This document shows, one piece after another, positions 40,114-52,603 of a DNA stretch of 64,000 nt (positions are counted from its first letter, which is position 1; every line of letters starts with the position of its first letter). The notes under the pieces were generated by a model. That model ran no database searches. It saw nothing but the letters and a program-made list of their open reading frames with translations, and had not been told where the DNA came from. A program made the position numbers and the translations under genes. This DNA is from Alteromonas sp. (GTDB lineage: Bacteria; Margulisbacteria; Marinamargulisbacteria; UBA6595), in the NCBI GenBank assembly GCA_964220215.1, contig CAXPTH010000012.1, positions 1 to 64,000 on the forward strand, in the 5' to 3' direction.

Positions 40114-41352
40114 CTAGCTTGATTTACCATCTGCATCATCTTCCAACCAAAAGCTGCTTTCCAAATCATTGTCGTTATCCGCATCATCGATCGACGATAT
40201 CATGGAATCATTAATATCATCCCATGAAAAGCTATCATCGGATGCATTGCCTGTCTCGTCAGTAGCGCGTTCCGTGTTTTCTAAACTAAATGTATCTAAA
40301 TCACTCGGTGCTGAATCTGCCTCATCATCATTTAAACTATCATCGTAGTCTATCAAATCCTCAACGTCGCGATCTGTTTCCGAGTCGTCTAACTGAGCTA
40401 AATCAGCATCCCCTTCGGGCACTTCCGATGCATTCAACCCAAAATTATTGGCCAATAATTTCAGCGCTAAGCTTTGATGCTTCTTACCCAGAACAGCATC
40501 GAATCGTGTGGTTCCGATTTCCAGCGAAACTGGGTCGTCCAAGCGCGTAGGCAAAGCAACAACATCGCCGACTTGCAACTGCATTAAGTCCGCCATATTC
40601 ATGCGAGCATGTCCCAGAACACCTTTCATGCGAACAGATATCTTAGACATCGAATTAGCGCTTAGCGCCACAGATTCTTGGTTAATGGAATCTGGCACCG
40701 CATCTTTAGCAAACCGGAGGACTGTTTTAGCATCATAATACGTTCCAATCACGACTGGAGCGCCCCCATCAATGGATACTGTCGCCATAAAAAAACATGA
40801 TTTATAGTTATTTGTATCACCCGATGCAGTTGAAGAATCCCAATGAAATCCAGCTCGACCCGCTGATTGACCCCAAGCCTTATCAAATGATTTCAAAAGC
40901 ATATCCGTAAAGATTTCAACGACTTTTTTTTCTCGTTTTGTCATAGATAACGACAAAATTGACTGCCCCACACAACCCAAGGCATAATGCACAAAACTAT
41001 TTAAAAACGCATCGGACAGCACAATTGAAATACGCGCATTGTCTGACAACAAGGATAAATGTTGAAACGTATGGGACTCGTATTGCAACAAATCAGCAGG
41101 CATCGCCTCAACAAAGGCAATGGATTGAATAGCAATTGGACAGCCCAATGAACGAGACATGGTTTGAACTAAATCTTGAAAATAGTAATAATGTTGCAGC
41201 AGACCGTTGCGAATAATTGATTGTGTCAACAGGGGTGATTCGATTGGGCAAGAAACATTCGCATCAACGTGTTCTTTTTTTAACTCTGTCCAATGAAACG
41301 GATAGTCCAAAACCAATCGATTACTATACAACTGCTTTTCTTTTAACGTCAT
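40114..41352 (-). CDS. fliM: Divergent FliM-like C-ring protein with acidic C-terminal tail
   Basis: Middle-domain MT.RE pattern, SpoA domain LG......DL.QL.VGDVV.L; ~100-aa D/E/S-rich tail. Confidence 0.7.
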   Translation of the reverse strand: MTLKEKQLYSNRLVLDYPFHWTELKKEHVDANVSCPIESPLLTQSIIRNGLLQHYYYFQDLVQTMSRSLGCPIAIQSIAFVEAMPADLLQYESHTFQHLSLLSDNARISIVLSDAFLNSFVHYALGCVGQSILSLSMTKREKKVVEIFTDMLLKSFDKAWGQSAGRAGFHWDSSTASGDTNNYKSCFFMATVSIDGGAPVVIGTYYDAKTVLRFAKDAVPDSINQESVALSANSMSKISVRMKGVLGHARMNMADLMQLQVGDVVALPTRLDDPVSLEIGTTRFDAVLGKKHQSLALKLLANNFGLNASEVPEGDADLAQLDDSETDRDVEDLIDYDDSLNDDEADSAPSDLDTFSLENTERATDETGNASDDSFSWDDINDSMISSIDDADNDNDLESSFWLEDDADGKSS

Positions 41353-41365
41353 TTAATTACTCTGC

Positions 41366-41995
41366 TTACTTAATCTTAGGCTCAACAAAAAAACCGTTGT
41401 CAAGTGCGATAAAAAAATATTGACCATCGTCTATAGTATACCAAACTTTACCTGATTTAACAACGTCTCCATCCCAATAATGAATACTCGAATTGACTTT
41501 AACAAATTGCTTTAAATCCGGCTGATTGATTGGATTGGGGCTAAAACTCTGAAGCATCGCATCCATCTCATTGGGGTTACCCCAATCGCTGGCAATCGGG
41601 CTAGCGCCCCCATCAAAAAAAGATCGGCCACTATCACCATCACTAACAATGCTGCTCATCAATGCCTCTTGCGCCTGAACCATAATTTGATTGGCTTGAA
41701 ACTGCGAGTTTTGCATGGCTGGTGAGCGCTGGGTTGATGATTGCAACAACTGTTGTGGGGGCGATGCCGCATAAAATTCAACACGCCTATTTTTTCTACT
41801 GTCGCGCATAATTGCAAAATAGCGTCGATGCGGACCCAATGGTTTTTTATAATCTTGGTACCGAATACCAACCACGCGATCGGATTTATACGCTTGATCA
41901 ATAACATGTGCACTCAAATAATGAATCAAGTTTTTTTCTTGAGCAAAAACACAGGAGAAACAAAAAATAAAAACACAAAAAACATAAGCTTTCAT
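41366..41995 (-). CDS. Hypothetical secreted protein
   Basis: 209-aa ORF with signal peptide; ATGA overlap with upstream gene. Confidence 0.7.
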   Translation of the reverse strand: MKAYVFCVFIFCFSCVFAQEKNLIHYLSAHVIDQAYKSDRVVGIRYQDYKKPLGPHRRYFAIMRDSRKNRRVEFYAASPPQQLLQSSTQRSPAMQNSQFQANQIMVQAQEALMSSIVSDGDSGRSFFDGGASPIASDWGNPNEMDAMLQSFSPNPINQPDLKQFVKVNSSIHYWDGDVVKSGKVWYTIDDGQYFFIALDNGFFVEPKIK

Positions 41996-42429
41996 GATTT
42001 TTTCAAGTCTAGCTGCACGGATTTTCCCAGGCTTTTTTTTAGTTTTTTTTCTAATTCTAAGCGCGAACTTGAAAATGCGCTAAATAGCTCCGCTGATACC
42101 GTTACTGTTATACCTAAGTGATGGGGATTATTGTAAAACGCAATTTCAATGGGCAACTGATGCGTCTGCCTCAATGAAACACGAATGCTATTATCGATAT
42201 GTTGATAAAATTCAACGCCGGATTGTTCTAAACGGTGCACCAATGTTTGAGGAGTTACCGGCGTGTTTAGCCAAGTCATTAACAAATTTAGAAACCCGTT
42301 GACCACAACCAACCCGTTTTCTTCCTGTAATGTTTGATCAAAACTGCCATCTGGCTGAGACGCCTGGTTTCCAAGGGTATTGCTAAAGGAATCTGACAAT
42401 GGTGCTGGCCCCGTTGATGCCGTTGACAT
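41992..42429 (-). CDS. Hypothetical protein, possible mini FliK/SctP C-terminal (hook-length control) domain
   Basis: S/T/P-rich N-terminus then IRVSL...IEIAF....LGITVTV..ELF......LE..L pattern; position in the export cluster. Confidence 0.5.
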   Translation of the reverse strand: MSTASTGPAPLSDSFSNTLGNQASQPDGSFDQTLQEENGLVVVNGFLNLLMTWLNTPVTPQTLVHRLEQSGVEFYQHIDNSIRVSLRQTHQLPIEIAFYNNPHHLGITVTVSAELFSAFSSSRLELEKKLKKSLGKSVQLDLKKS

Positions 42430-42433
42430 GACT

Positions 42434-43453
42434 TTAGATCTCTAAGTCAGCCGCTGATGAAATAAATAATTGAGACAATTTATCCGGGTATCGTTTTTTG
42501 GCAATATAAGCGGGGGACAACGATAGACGCTCCACCGCTTCATAGCCGTTATTTTGAACTGCGTTAAGCACTGTTTCAGGGCTGTCTAGGCCAGGCTCAA
42601 AAAACAGATTTTTGCCACTATATAAACGACCAATATCCCGAACGCCCGATGCCAGTATTTTCTTTATTGAATGCACGGTTGTTGGGTTTACACTTAAAAT
42701 TACATCACTCGATAATGTTGATTGTGCCATTTGAATTGTTTGTATAAGTTTCGCATCATCACATGCTGACTTTTTTGCAAAGTCAGTATCTGTTTGAGGC
42801 ACAAAATTCTGTATAATGACATCATGCAGCAGCCCGTATTCTTTATGCAAATTCATGAGCTCATTCAACATTTTTTGACGATACGTAGGGGTTTCCCCAA
42901 TACCGATTAATAAACCTGTACTAACAGGAATTCCAGCTTCCATCGCCCATCGGATATTTTGCAATCGGTTTTCAATTGCCTTGCCCGGAGAATCGGGATA
43001 AATTTTATCATGTTTGCTTGGATTTACAGCATCCAAATTAATTCGAACCAACGAGCAAATTTCCGATAGGCGCTGATAATCACTCAAGCCGGATAACGAC
43101 CCAATTTCAACAACTGGAATAAACCCTTCTAAAAATACCATTTCACAAATGGTATACACGTAAGATAAATATGAATCAAATCCCCAAACAGCCAGTCGAT
43201 TGCGAACTTTCGAATATTTATCAGGACGATCGCCACTCACGCATAAAATCTCTTTACAGCCATTAGCCGCTGCTTCTTTAACCAATTGAATAATTAAATA
43301 CGGTACATTAAGTACTGGAGCCCCATCCCCATCAGCAACTCGATAGGAACAGTAGGGGCATTTGTTTTGACAAAAGTAAGACATTGGAAACATAGCAGAA
43401 TTCAAATAATGAACGTTATCCGTTGTATTCGTTAATTGATTCAATCCTGTCAT
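42434..43453 (-). CDS. cofG: CofG-like radical SAM protein (FO synthase subunit 1 family)
   Basis: CQNKCPYC, GCKEIL..SGDRP, SPGK...RL, TGLLIGIGET, VIIQNF.P; AAGGAG SD. Confidence 0.8.
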   Translation of the reverse strand: MTGLNQLTNTTDNVHYLNSAMFPMSYFCQNKCPYCSYRVADGDGAPVLNVPYLIIQLVKEAAANGCKEILCVSGDRPDKYSKVRNRLAVWGFDSYLSYVYTICEMVFLEGFIPVVEIGSLSGLSDYQRLSEICSLVRINLDAVNPSKHDKIYPDSPGKAIENRLQNIRWAMEAGIPVSTGLLIGIGETPTYRQKMLNELMNLHKEYGLLHDVIIQNFVPQTDTDFAKKSACDDAKLIQTIQMAQSTLSSDVILSVNPTTVHSIKKILASGVRDIGRLYSGKNLFFEPGLDSPETVLNAVQNNGYEAVERLSLSPAYIAKKRYPDKLSQLFISSAADLEI

Positions 43454-43514
43454 AATTATCTCCTTAAAATACACTAGCTCCCTCATCAATTGTGCTGTTT
43501 AATTGATATACTAT

Positions 43515-43633
43515 TCTTGGCCACGACCGACTCTCCCACCAAGGAACCCTGGCAGTACCATAGGCGCTAAAAGACTTAACTTCTGTGTTCGGAATGAGAA
43601 CAGGTGTACCCCTTTTGCTATAATGACCAAGAA
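43515..43633 (-). rRNA. rrf: 5S rRNA
   Basis: Minus strand contains ATTCCGAACACAGAAGTTAAG and GGTACTGCC..GGGAGAGTCGGTCG; terminal stem. Confidence 0.95.
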
Positions 43634-43683
43634 TAGTATACATGAAACATAAATTAAATTGCATTGTTATGGTTAAGTTGCAA

Positions 43684-46677
<2,994 letters not shown>

Positions 46678-46777
46678 CTGCAACTTAATCATAACAATTG
46701 AATTCAATTCAGTTTCATTATTTTTATTCTACTTTCTTCCAATGATCTAGCACGCTTAGTGGTGCAATGGATTATCA

Positions 46778-46807
46778 ATCTTACCGGGAATCAATCATTA
46801 ATGTCAA
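46778..46807 (-). promoter_or_regulatory. Putative promoter of the 23S-5S unit
   Basis: Minus strand TTGACA-18 nt-TAAGAT with AT-rich upstream tracts, ~100 nt before the 23S. Confidence 0.7.
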
Positions 46808-46993
46808 CACTGAAATCAAAAAAACAGATTTTTAAGCATAGATTAAAAAAATTTTTATTGTTAAAAAAAGGTTTTTGAAAAAACCGACCGAGATTATTTT
46901 TTTAAAAAAACAAAAAATTTGATACACTATAGCTATAATTTAAAACGTCTAACATCAACATAAACGCAAGTAAACCAAAGGAGCAACCATCAG

Positions 46994-47368
46994 ATGAGCA
47001 ACAAGCATTACACACCGGATCACGAATGGGTAGAGATTCAATCCACCGAAGCGACCATCGGCATTACCCAATATGCCGTGGATGAGCTGGGCGATATTGT
47101 CTATATTGAGTTACCCGAAGTCGGGCGATCGGTGACAAAAGGCGAAGAAATTGGAACCGTTGAATCCGTAAAAACCGTATCCAGTATTTACGCACCCCTA
47201 TCGGGAACAATTACACGAATCAATGCCGAATTGACCGAACGGCCTGACATTGTTAACGAATCCCCGGATGCCAATGGCTGGATGGTGGCTATTGAGCCAA
47301 CCAATAGCGCCGAACACCATGAACTGCTGAACGCATCCGATTACCAAAAACACTGTGATTCCCTATAA
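46994..47368 (+). CDS. gcvH: Glycine cleavage system H protein
   Basis: [27 protein letters not shown] lipoyl site. Confidence 0.97.
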   Translation: MSNKHYTPDHEWVEIQSTEATIGITQYAVDELGDIVYIELPEVGRSVTKGEEIGTVESVKTVSSIYAPLSGTITRINAELTERPDIVNESPDANGWMVAIEPTNSAEHHELLNASDYQKHCDSL

Positions 47369-48174
47369 TGAAACAGTACCTAGACTTAGTTCAAACAATT
47401 TTAGAGAACGGCATTGATAAAACAGATCGAACGGGTACTGGAACAAAGTCTATTTTTGGCTATCAATACCGCGTTGATTTGCAAGCGGGGTTTCCACTAC
47501 TAACAACTAAAAAAATTGTAATTAGTAGTGTCGTCAACGAACTGTTGTGGTTTTTAAAAGGCAGCACCAATATTCATGATGGTTTAAACTCAAAAATATG
47601 GGATCCTTGGGCGGATGCCGATGGAAATGTGGGCCCAATTTATGGGTACCAATGGCGACAATGGGAACAGTTTAGACCCGATGAATCTGGCCAACCTGTA
47701 AAACGGCATATTGACCAAATTCAAACGGTAATTGATACCATCAAAACAAACCCGGATTCCCGACGGTTAATTGTATCCGCATGGAATGTTGCGGATTTGG
47801 ATCAAATGGCGTTGCCTCCCTGCCATTTACTCTTTCAATTTTACGTGCGAGGCGATTATTTGGATTGCCAACTGTATCAACGATCGGCAGACGTCGCCAT
47901 CGGCGTGCCGTTCAACATTGCGAGTTATTCGTTATTGCTGAGCATGATTGCCCAGGAATGCAATCGACTACCCGGCCATTTTATTCACACCATCGGGGAT
48001 GCTCATATTTACACGGACCATGTGGATGGCCTTCGGGAGCAACTTACACGACCAACTCAAACACTTCCCACAATTCGAATTGCCAATAAACCGTTTGATC
48101 AGATTACCGCTGATGATATTGTTGTTGATAATTACCAACCCGCACCCTTTATTCGGTTTCCGATTTCCGTCTAA
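47368..48174 (+). CDS. thyA: Thymidylate synthase
   Basis: [38 protein letters not shown]. Confidence 0.98.
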   Translation: MKQYLDLVQTILENGIDKTDRTGTGTKSIFGYQYRVDLQAGFPLLTTKKIVISSVVNELLWFLKGSTNIHDGLNSKIWDPWADADGNVGPIYGYQWRQWEQFRPDESGQPVKRHIDQIQTVIDTIKTNPDSRRLIVSAWNVADLDQMALPPCHLLFQFYVRGDYLDCQLYQRSADVAIGVPFNIASYSLLLSMIAQECNRLPGHFIHTIGDAHIYTDHVDGLREQLTRPTQTLPTIRIANKPFDQITADDIVVDNYQPAPFIRFPISV

Positions 48175-48683
48175 TGCAGGTTATCGTTTTAGTAGCTATG
48201 GATACCAATCGCGGGATTGGCATTAACAATCAGTTGCCCTGGCATATTCCGGAAGACTTAATTCGATTCAAACAACAAACAACCGGGCAAGCCATTATCA
48301 TGGGTAGAAAAACATGGGAATCGCTGCCCAAGGCTCCGTTGCCCAATCGATTAAATATTGTACTATCCCGAAACCCCGATGCACTCAATGTGCCGGTACC
48401 CGTGGTATCCACACTAGCAGCCGGCATTCGCACAGCACAAGAAGCGGGTGTATCGAAAACGTATATTATTGGAGGCGCTGCGGTTTATCAACAAACAATC
48501 CAAGAACAAATCGCCACTCAGCTCATCATTACGCAAGTGTCAGGATCTTGGGAGTGCGATACCCACTTCCCCGATCCCGAACCTTTTTATCAACTCGACC
48601 ACGTTGAAGACCGCTTTGTCAGCCAGTCTATCGCATGCACTATTGAACGCTGGACTATAAATTCCACCCGTTCAAAATTTTAG
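48174..48683 (+). CDS. folA: Dihydrofolate reductase
   Basis: IG..NQLPW.IPEDL..FK, IMGRKTWES, PLPNR.NIVLS, IIGG. Confidence 0.96.
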   Translation: MQVIVLVAMDTNRGIGINNQLPWHIPEDLIRFKQQTTGQAIIMGRKTWESLPKAPLPNRLNIVLSRNPDALNVPVPVVSTLAAGIRTAQEAGVSKTYIIGGAAVYQQTIQEQIATQLIITQVSGSWECDTHFPDPEPFYQLDHVEDRFVSQSIACTIERWTINSTRSKF

Positions 48684-49080
48684 ATACTTCCTCACTATGC
48701 CGAGTTTCATCCCGAATCATATCTTCCAAATCTAAAGACAAGGCTTTATGACCCAAAGCCGCCGCCTGCTCAGCACGTTGGGTATATCCGATAATTGCGC
48801 GGTTTTCAGCTTCTAAAACAGCTTCGAGCATGGCTTTATTGGTACTAGCCGGCGCTACACTGGCTGCCTGGGTTGTGGGCTCTCCGCCCAAAACCAAAAT
48901 TTTATCCGCTAAAAACTTAGCATGCCCTTGCTCATCAGCAACTTCGGCCAATAAAAATTGACTGAGCTCCGGTCGAAATGGACCCGTTACTTTTGCCGCA
49001 TACGTTGTGTATTGAATAATGGCAGCAAATTCATTGGCAAGGTCTTGGTTCAATAAATCAATCAATTCCTGGTTGCTCAT
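48655..49080 (-). CDS. Ferritin-like (bacterioferritin/DPS-type) protein
   Basis: LN.DLA.E..AI.QY, DE.GHA, E..AI..Y, DE.RH; AAGGAG SD. Confidence 0.88.
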   Translation of the reverse strand: MSNQELIDLLNQDLANEFAAIIQYTTYAAKVTGPFRPELSQFLLAEVADEQGHAKFLADKILVLGGEPTTQAASVAPASTNKAMLEAVLEAENRAIIGYTQRAEQAAALGHKALSLDLEDMIRDETRHSEEVSKILNGWNL

Positions 49081-49139
49081 GCTTTATCTCCTTTTGGTCG
49101 TTTTGATAATTCTATATCTCTATAAAAGTGTACCATATC

Positions 49140-50471
49140 TTAATTCGATTCAGTCTCATTTAATTGGCTGATTAATAAATCCACGACTTGTTTCACAGAA
49201 TCATCTGAATCAATAACTGTTCGAATCCGGTCACACGCATACATGACTGTTGTATGATCTCTCTTTCCAAAGTACTCGCCAATTTTGGGGAACGACATAT
49301 TGGTTAACTCTCGTGCTAAGTACATCGCTATCTGGCGAGCAAACGTAATATCTTTCGCCCGACTGGATGAACACAAATCAGTATCTGTAACACCGAAATA
49401 ATTTTGAACTTTGGATTTTATCTTCTGAATGCTTAACGGTTTTGTGGACCGAACGCCAACTAAATCCTTAATAATATTGCTCACAATTTCTAAGGTAATA
49501 TCCGCATCATCCAACAACGACATATACGCAGCAATTCGGTTTAAGGCACCTTCCATTTCTCGAACATTTGACGGAATCTGTGTGGCAATAAAATGAACCA
49601 CTTCATCGGTAATTACCAACGACATGTCTTCGGATTTTTTACGCAAAATTGCCAAACGAGTCTCCAATTCAGGCGGTTGAATATCGGCGATCAATCCCCA
49701 CTCAAATCGCGTACGCAACCGGTCTTCCAATGTTGGTATCTCTTTGGGGGATCGGTCCGATGTTAAAATAATCTGCTTATTTTGACTATACAAGTCATTA
49801 AATGTATGAAAGAACTCTTCTTGAGTCTGAACTTTCCCCGCTAAAAACTGCACATCATCCACAAACAACACATCCACGGCACGGTACTGATCTCGAAACT
49901 GCCGGGTTCGTTGATTCTTAATTGCATTAATCAAATCATTGGTGAATTTTTCAGATGTCACCATGCTTAACTTCAACCCAGGATGATTTTTCTGAATATG
50001 ATGCGCAATAGCATGCATTAAATGCGTTTTTCCCAGCCCAACAGACCCGTAAATAAACAATGGATTATAGGCCGATGCTGGCGTTTTTGCCACCGCTTCA
50101 CATGCGGCATGCGCAAACCGATTGTTATGCCCCACAACAAACTGGTCAAATGTATACCGAGAATTAAACAACCTATCTTGAGAAACCACACTCGGAGCCG
50201 CGTCAAATAAACTCAATTGTTGCTCCTCAGGCCGCTCAACATCAATCGTATATTCTACCAATGTGCCTGGGTATTTTTCAGATAAAATATACTCCCTAAA
50301 AATTGGTTCACATTTTTCTTGCATCCAAGTTTTTGAAAATGCATTGGGCACTTTGAGCTGCAATACAGAATTATCGTATGAAACAAAGGATGCTGAAGAC
50401 AAAAATGTTTGATAAGCAGGCGGTGTTAAATACGTTTCAAGGGCAACTTGGACATCCTCCCAAATAGTCAT
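49140..50471 (-). CDS. dnaA: Chromosomal replication initiator DnaA
   Basis: YTF..FV.G..N.FA, YNPLFIYG.VGLGKTHL, QEEFFHTFN, RDHTTV. Confidence 0.98.
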   Translation of the reverse strand: MTIWEDVQVALETYLTPPAYQTFLSSASFVSYDNSVLQLKVPNAFSKTWMQEKCEPIFREYILSEKYPGTLVEYTIDVERPEEQQLSLFDAAPSVVSQDRLFNSRYTFDQFVVGHNNRFAHAACEAVAKTPASAYNPLFIYGSVGLGKTHLMHAIAHHIQKNHPGLKLSMVTSEKFTNDLINAIKNQRTRQFRDQYRAVDVLFVDDVQFLAGKVQTQEEFFHTFNDLYSQNKQIILTSDRSPKEIPTLEDRLRTRFEWGLIADIQPPELETRLAILRKKSEDMSLVITDEVVHFIATQIPSNVREMEGALNRIAAYMSLLDDADITLEIVSNIIKDLVGVRSTKPLSIQKIKSKVQNYFGVTDTDLCSSSRAKDITFARQIAMYLARELTNMSFPKIGEYFGKRDHTTVMYACDRIRTVIDSDDSVKQVVDLLISQLNETESN

Positions 50472-50487
50472 TTATGCCGCCGTCATC

Positions 50488-51159
50488 TTATAAGAACTTT
50501 GATATGCTAGCGCCCACCATGAATCGGGGATTGCTGCTCTCGCCAACACCATCTAAGATCGCTGCCTGAAAAATCAGATTTTCCATTGCAAACCACCGAG
50601 CACCCGTGTTTACCCGATACAGCCCGTCATCGCCAATCATGTCGACAACAAGGCTAATGGCATCGTTTAAAAAGTATTCACCACCCATCATCAACGCTGA
50701 GCTAACCGAATCTTCGAATAAGGCACGAAACCCAACATGGCCCGTAAACGATGCCTGAAATGGCTTGCTCGCAACCATGTACAAACTGCTGCCTTCATTG
50801 GCTGTCAAATTCTCAAGCCCCACGGCCACATCGACTGGATACTGCTTCTGCTCAGAAAACACATGATATTTCATATTTAAAAACACACCCTCTTCCGGAT
50901 AAGTCCCACCCACAACACCCATCTCAATATTGTCATAGGTCCCAATGTTAAGTTTGTAATAATGAGCGCTTTTATGCTTATCGTTGTCAATACTTCGAGC
51001 ATCGCCTAAATAATCAATACCTAGATTGTACTCTTGATACTGCAAACGCTCGGCTGTTGGCATTTCCAAAAGCCCGGTTGGCCCACCAATTGTTGGTGCA
51101 GCAAGCACAGAAGTTCCGATAAGCGCCACAATAAAAATTCCATATATTAGTTTTGTCAT
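50488..51159 (-). CDS. YjbH-like outer-membrane protein
   Basis: Signal peptide, G.TGL.EMPTA, amphipathic beta strands. Confidence 0.65.
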   Translation of the reverse strand: MTKLIYGIFIVALIGTSVLAAPTIGGPTGLLEMPTAERLQYQEYNLGIDYLGDARSIDNDKHKSAHYYKLNIGTYDNIEMGVVGGTYPEEGVFLNMKYHVFSEQKQYPVDVAVGLENLTANEGSSLYMVASKPFQASFTGHVGFRALFEDSVSSALMMGGEYFLNDAISLVVDMIGDDGLYRVNTGARWFAMENLIFQAAILDGVGESSNPRFMVGASISKFL

Positions 51160-52097
51160 TTTGTATCTACCATCCGTTTTAATTTTGCCTGAAATCGCAG
51201 TTCATCACGATGCAACTGAGCTGGGAATCCAAACAATGTCACCCCACCAGATGGGAATGATTTGGTTACGCCTGCTCTACTTAGAATAACACTATTAGGC
51301 CCAATTGTCACATGATCTTTAACGGCCACTTGGCCCGCAAAAATACAATGATCCCCAATCGTTACGGACCCTGCAAATTGAACCCCTCCCGCTATTAGAC
51401 ACTGTTTGCCAATCAACGCATTATGCGCAATATGACAATGCGCATCAATTTTAGTGCCTGCCCCGATTTGTGTGTCGGCCAAAACACCCCGATCAACGGT
51501 TGTCAAGGAACCAATATGAACAGAATCTCCAAGCCAAACACCGCCTTGATGCGGCATAAACCGATGCGTCCGGTCGGGCTGTGTCATGTACCCAAAGCCA
51601 TCAGAACCAATAACAGCTCCGGATCGAATCGTACAATTATTGCCAATTCGAACCGAGTCCCCAATAGAAACATTTGAAAAAATTTGAGATCCTTCACCAA
51701 TAAAACATCTATTACCAATAACGGCACCGGGATGAATCACAACACCGGCCTGAATCACAGACCCATCCCCAATATGTGCCGATGCATGAACTTGGGCTGT
51801 ATCGTGCACCAGTGTTGGCAATAGAGGGACAACCCATCGAAACAACGCAATTAGTTGAGCCATCGCCATAGGCCCATTAGAAACAAAAATATGTGGCTGG
51901 TCTATCGCTTGTGTGGACAACAAAACCGATGTTTTAGATACATTAACCAGCTGATCATAATGTTGATCTGAAAAATACGGAATCACATGATTCGGCTTTG
52001 GTGCTTGGATAGACGCAACCCCAACCAATGGATGATGGGGATCTAAACCAACCGCTTTGCCTTTGAGCGCATCAACAATATCCGCTACGGTGATCAA
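51156..52097 (-). CDS. lpxD: UDP-3-O-acyl-glucosamine N-acyltransferase
   Basis: Hexapeptide repeats, IGSDGFGY, TTVDRG...DT.IG.GTKID, HIAHN. Confidence 0.93.
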   Translation of the reverse strand: MITVADIVDALKGKAVGLDPHHPLVGVASIQAPKPNHVIPYFSDQHYDQLVNVSKTSVLLSTQAIDQPHIFVSNGPMAMAQLIALFRWVVPLLPTLVHDTAQVHASAHIGDGSVIQAGVVIHPGAVIGNRCFIGEGSQIFSNVSIGDSVRIGNNCTIRSGAVIGSDGFGYMTQPDRTHRFMPHQGGVWLGDSVHIGSLTTVDRGVLADTQIGAGTKIDAHCHIAHNALIGKQCLIAGGVQFAGSVTIGDHCIFAGQVAVKDHVTIGPNSVILSRAGVTKSFPSGGVTLFGFPAQLHRDELRFQAKLKRMVDTK

Positions 52098-52099
52098 GA

Positions 52100-52564
52100 C
52101 TACTTTGAATCCGATTCTTTATTCAGCCGATCCAATACAAACTCAGTTAAGTCGTAGCCACCATACACAACCGCTTGCTGATCCATAACAACATCCAAGC
52201 CTTGCTCTTTGGCCACACGCTGAGTCATGGCTAAAATCTTTTGTCGAATCGAATAAATCGACTCGTTACGAAACTGCAACAGTTCTTGCTGCAACGGCTC
52301 CATTTCTTTTTGCATGGCATCCGCAAGGTCTTTCATTTTTTTCTCGCTGGATTTTTTTTCCCGGGCCTCAGTCATTTTTTCATTATGCTTCTCAAGCTTT
52401 TCTTCATACTTTTGGCGCTTTTCTTGAAACACCTCTTCCATTTTAGCGGCTTCTGTATATCGCTCAAAAATAGCCTGCATATTAATTAATCCAACTTCTG
52501 CATGAACTGGTGCCATGCCAAATACGGCCAATGAAACTATAATGCTAATTAAAACTTTTTTCAT
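52100..52564 (-). CDS. skp: OmpH/Skp periplasmic chaperone
   Basis: Signal peptide, coiled coil, VAKEQGLDVV.D...V.YG..DLT..V. Confidence 0.9.
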   Translation of the reverse strand: MKKVLISIIVSLAVFGMAPVHAEVGLINMQAIFERYTEAAKMEEVFQEKRQKYEEKLEKHNEKMTEAREKKSSEKKMKDLADAMQKEMEPLQQELLQFRNESIYSIRQKILAMTQRVAKEQGLDVVMDQQAVVYGGYDLTEFVLDRLNKESDSK

Positions 52565-52603
52565 TTATATGGTGTCTCCTTTTTGTACAATTCTTTTTGT
52601 TTA

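Noticed and set aside
49100..49125. Fur/PerR box upstream of the ferritin-like gene
   Set aside because: Only a GATAAT half-site; no convincing palindrome
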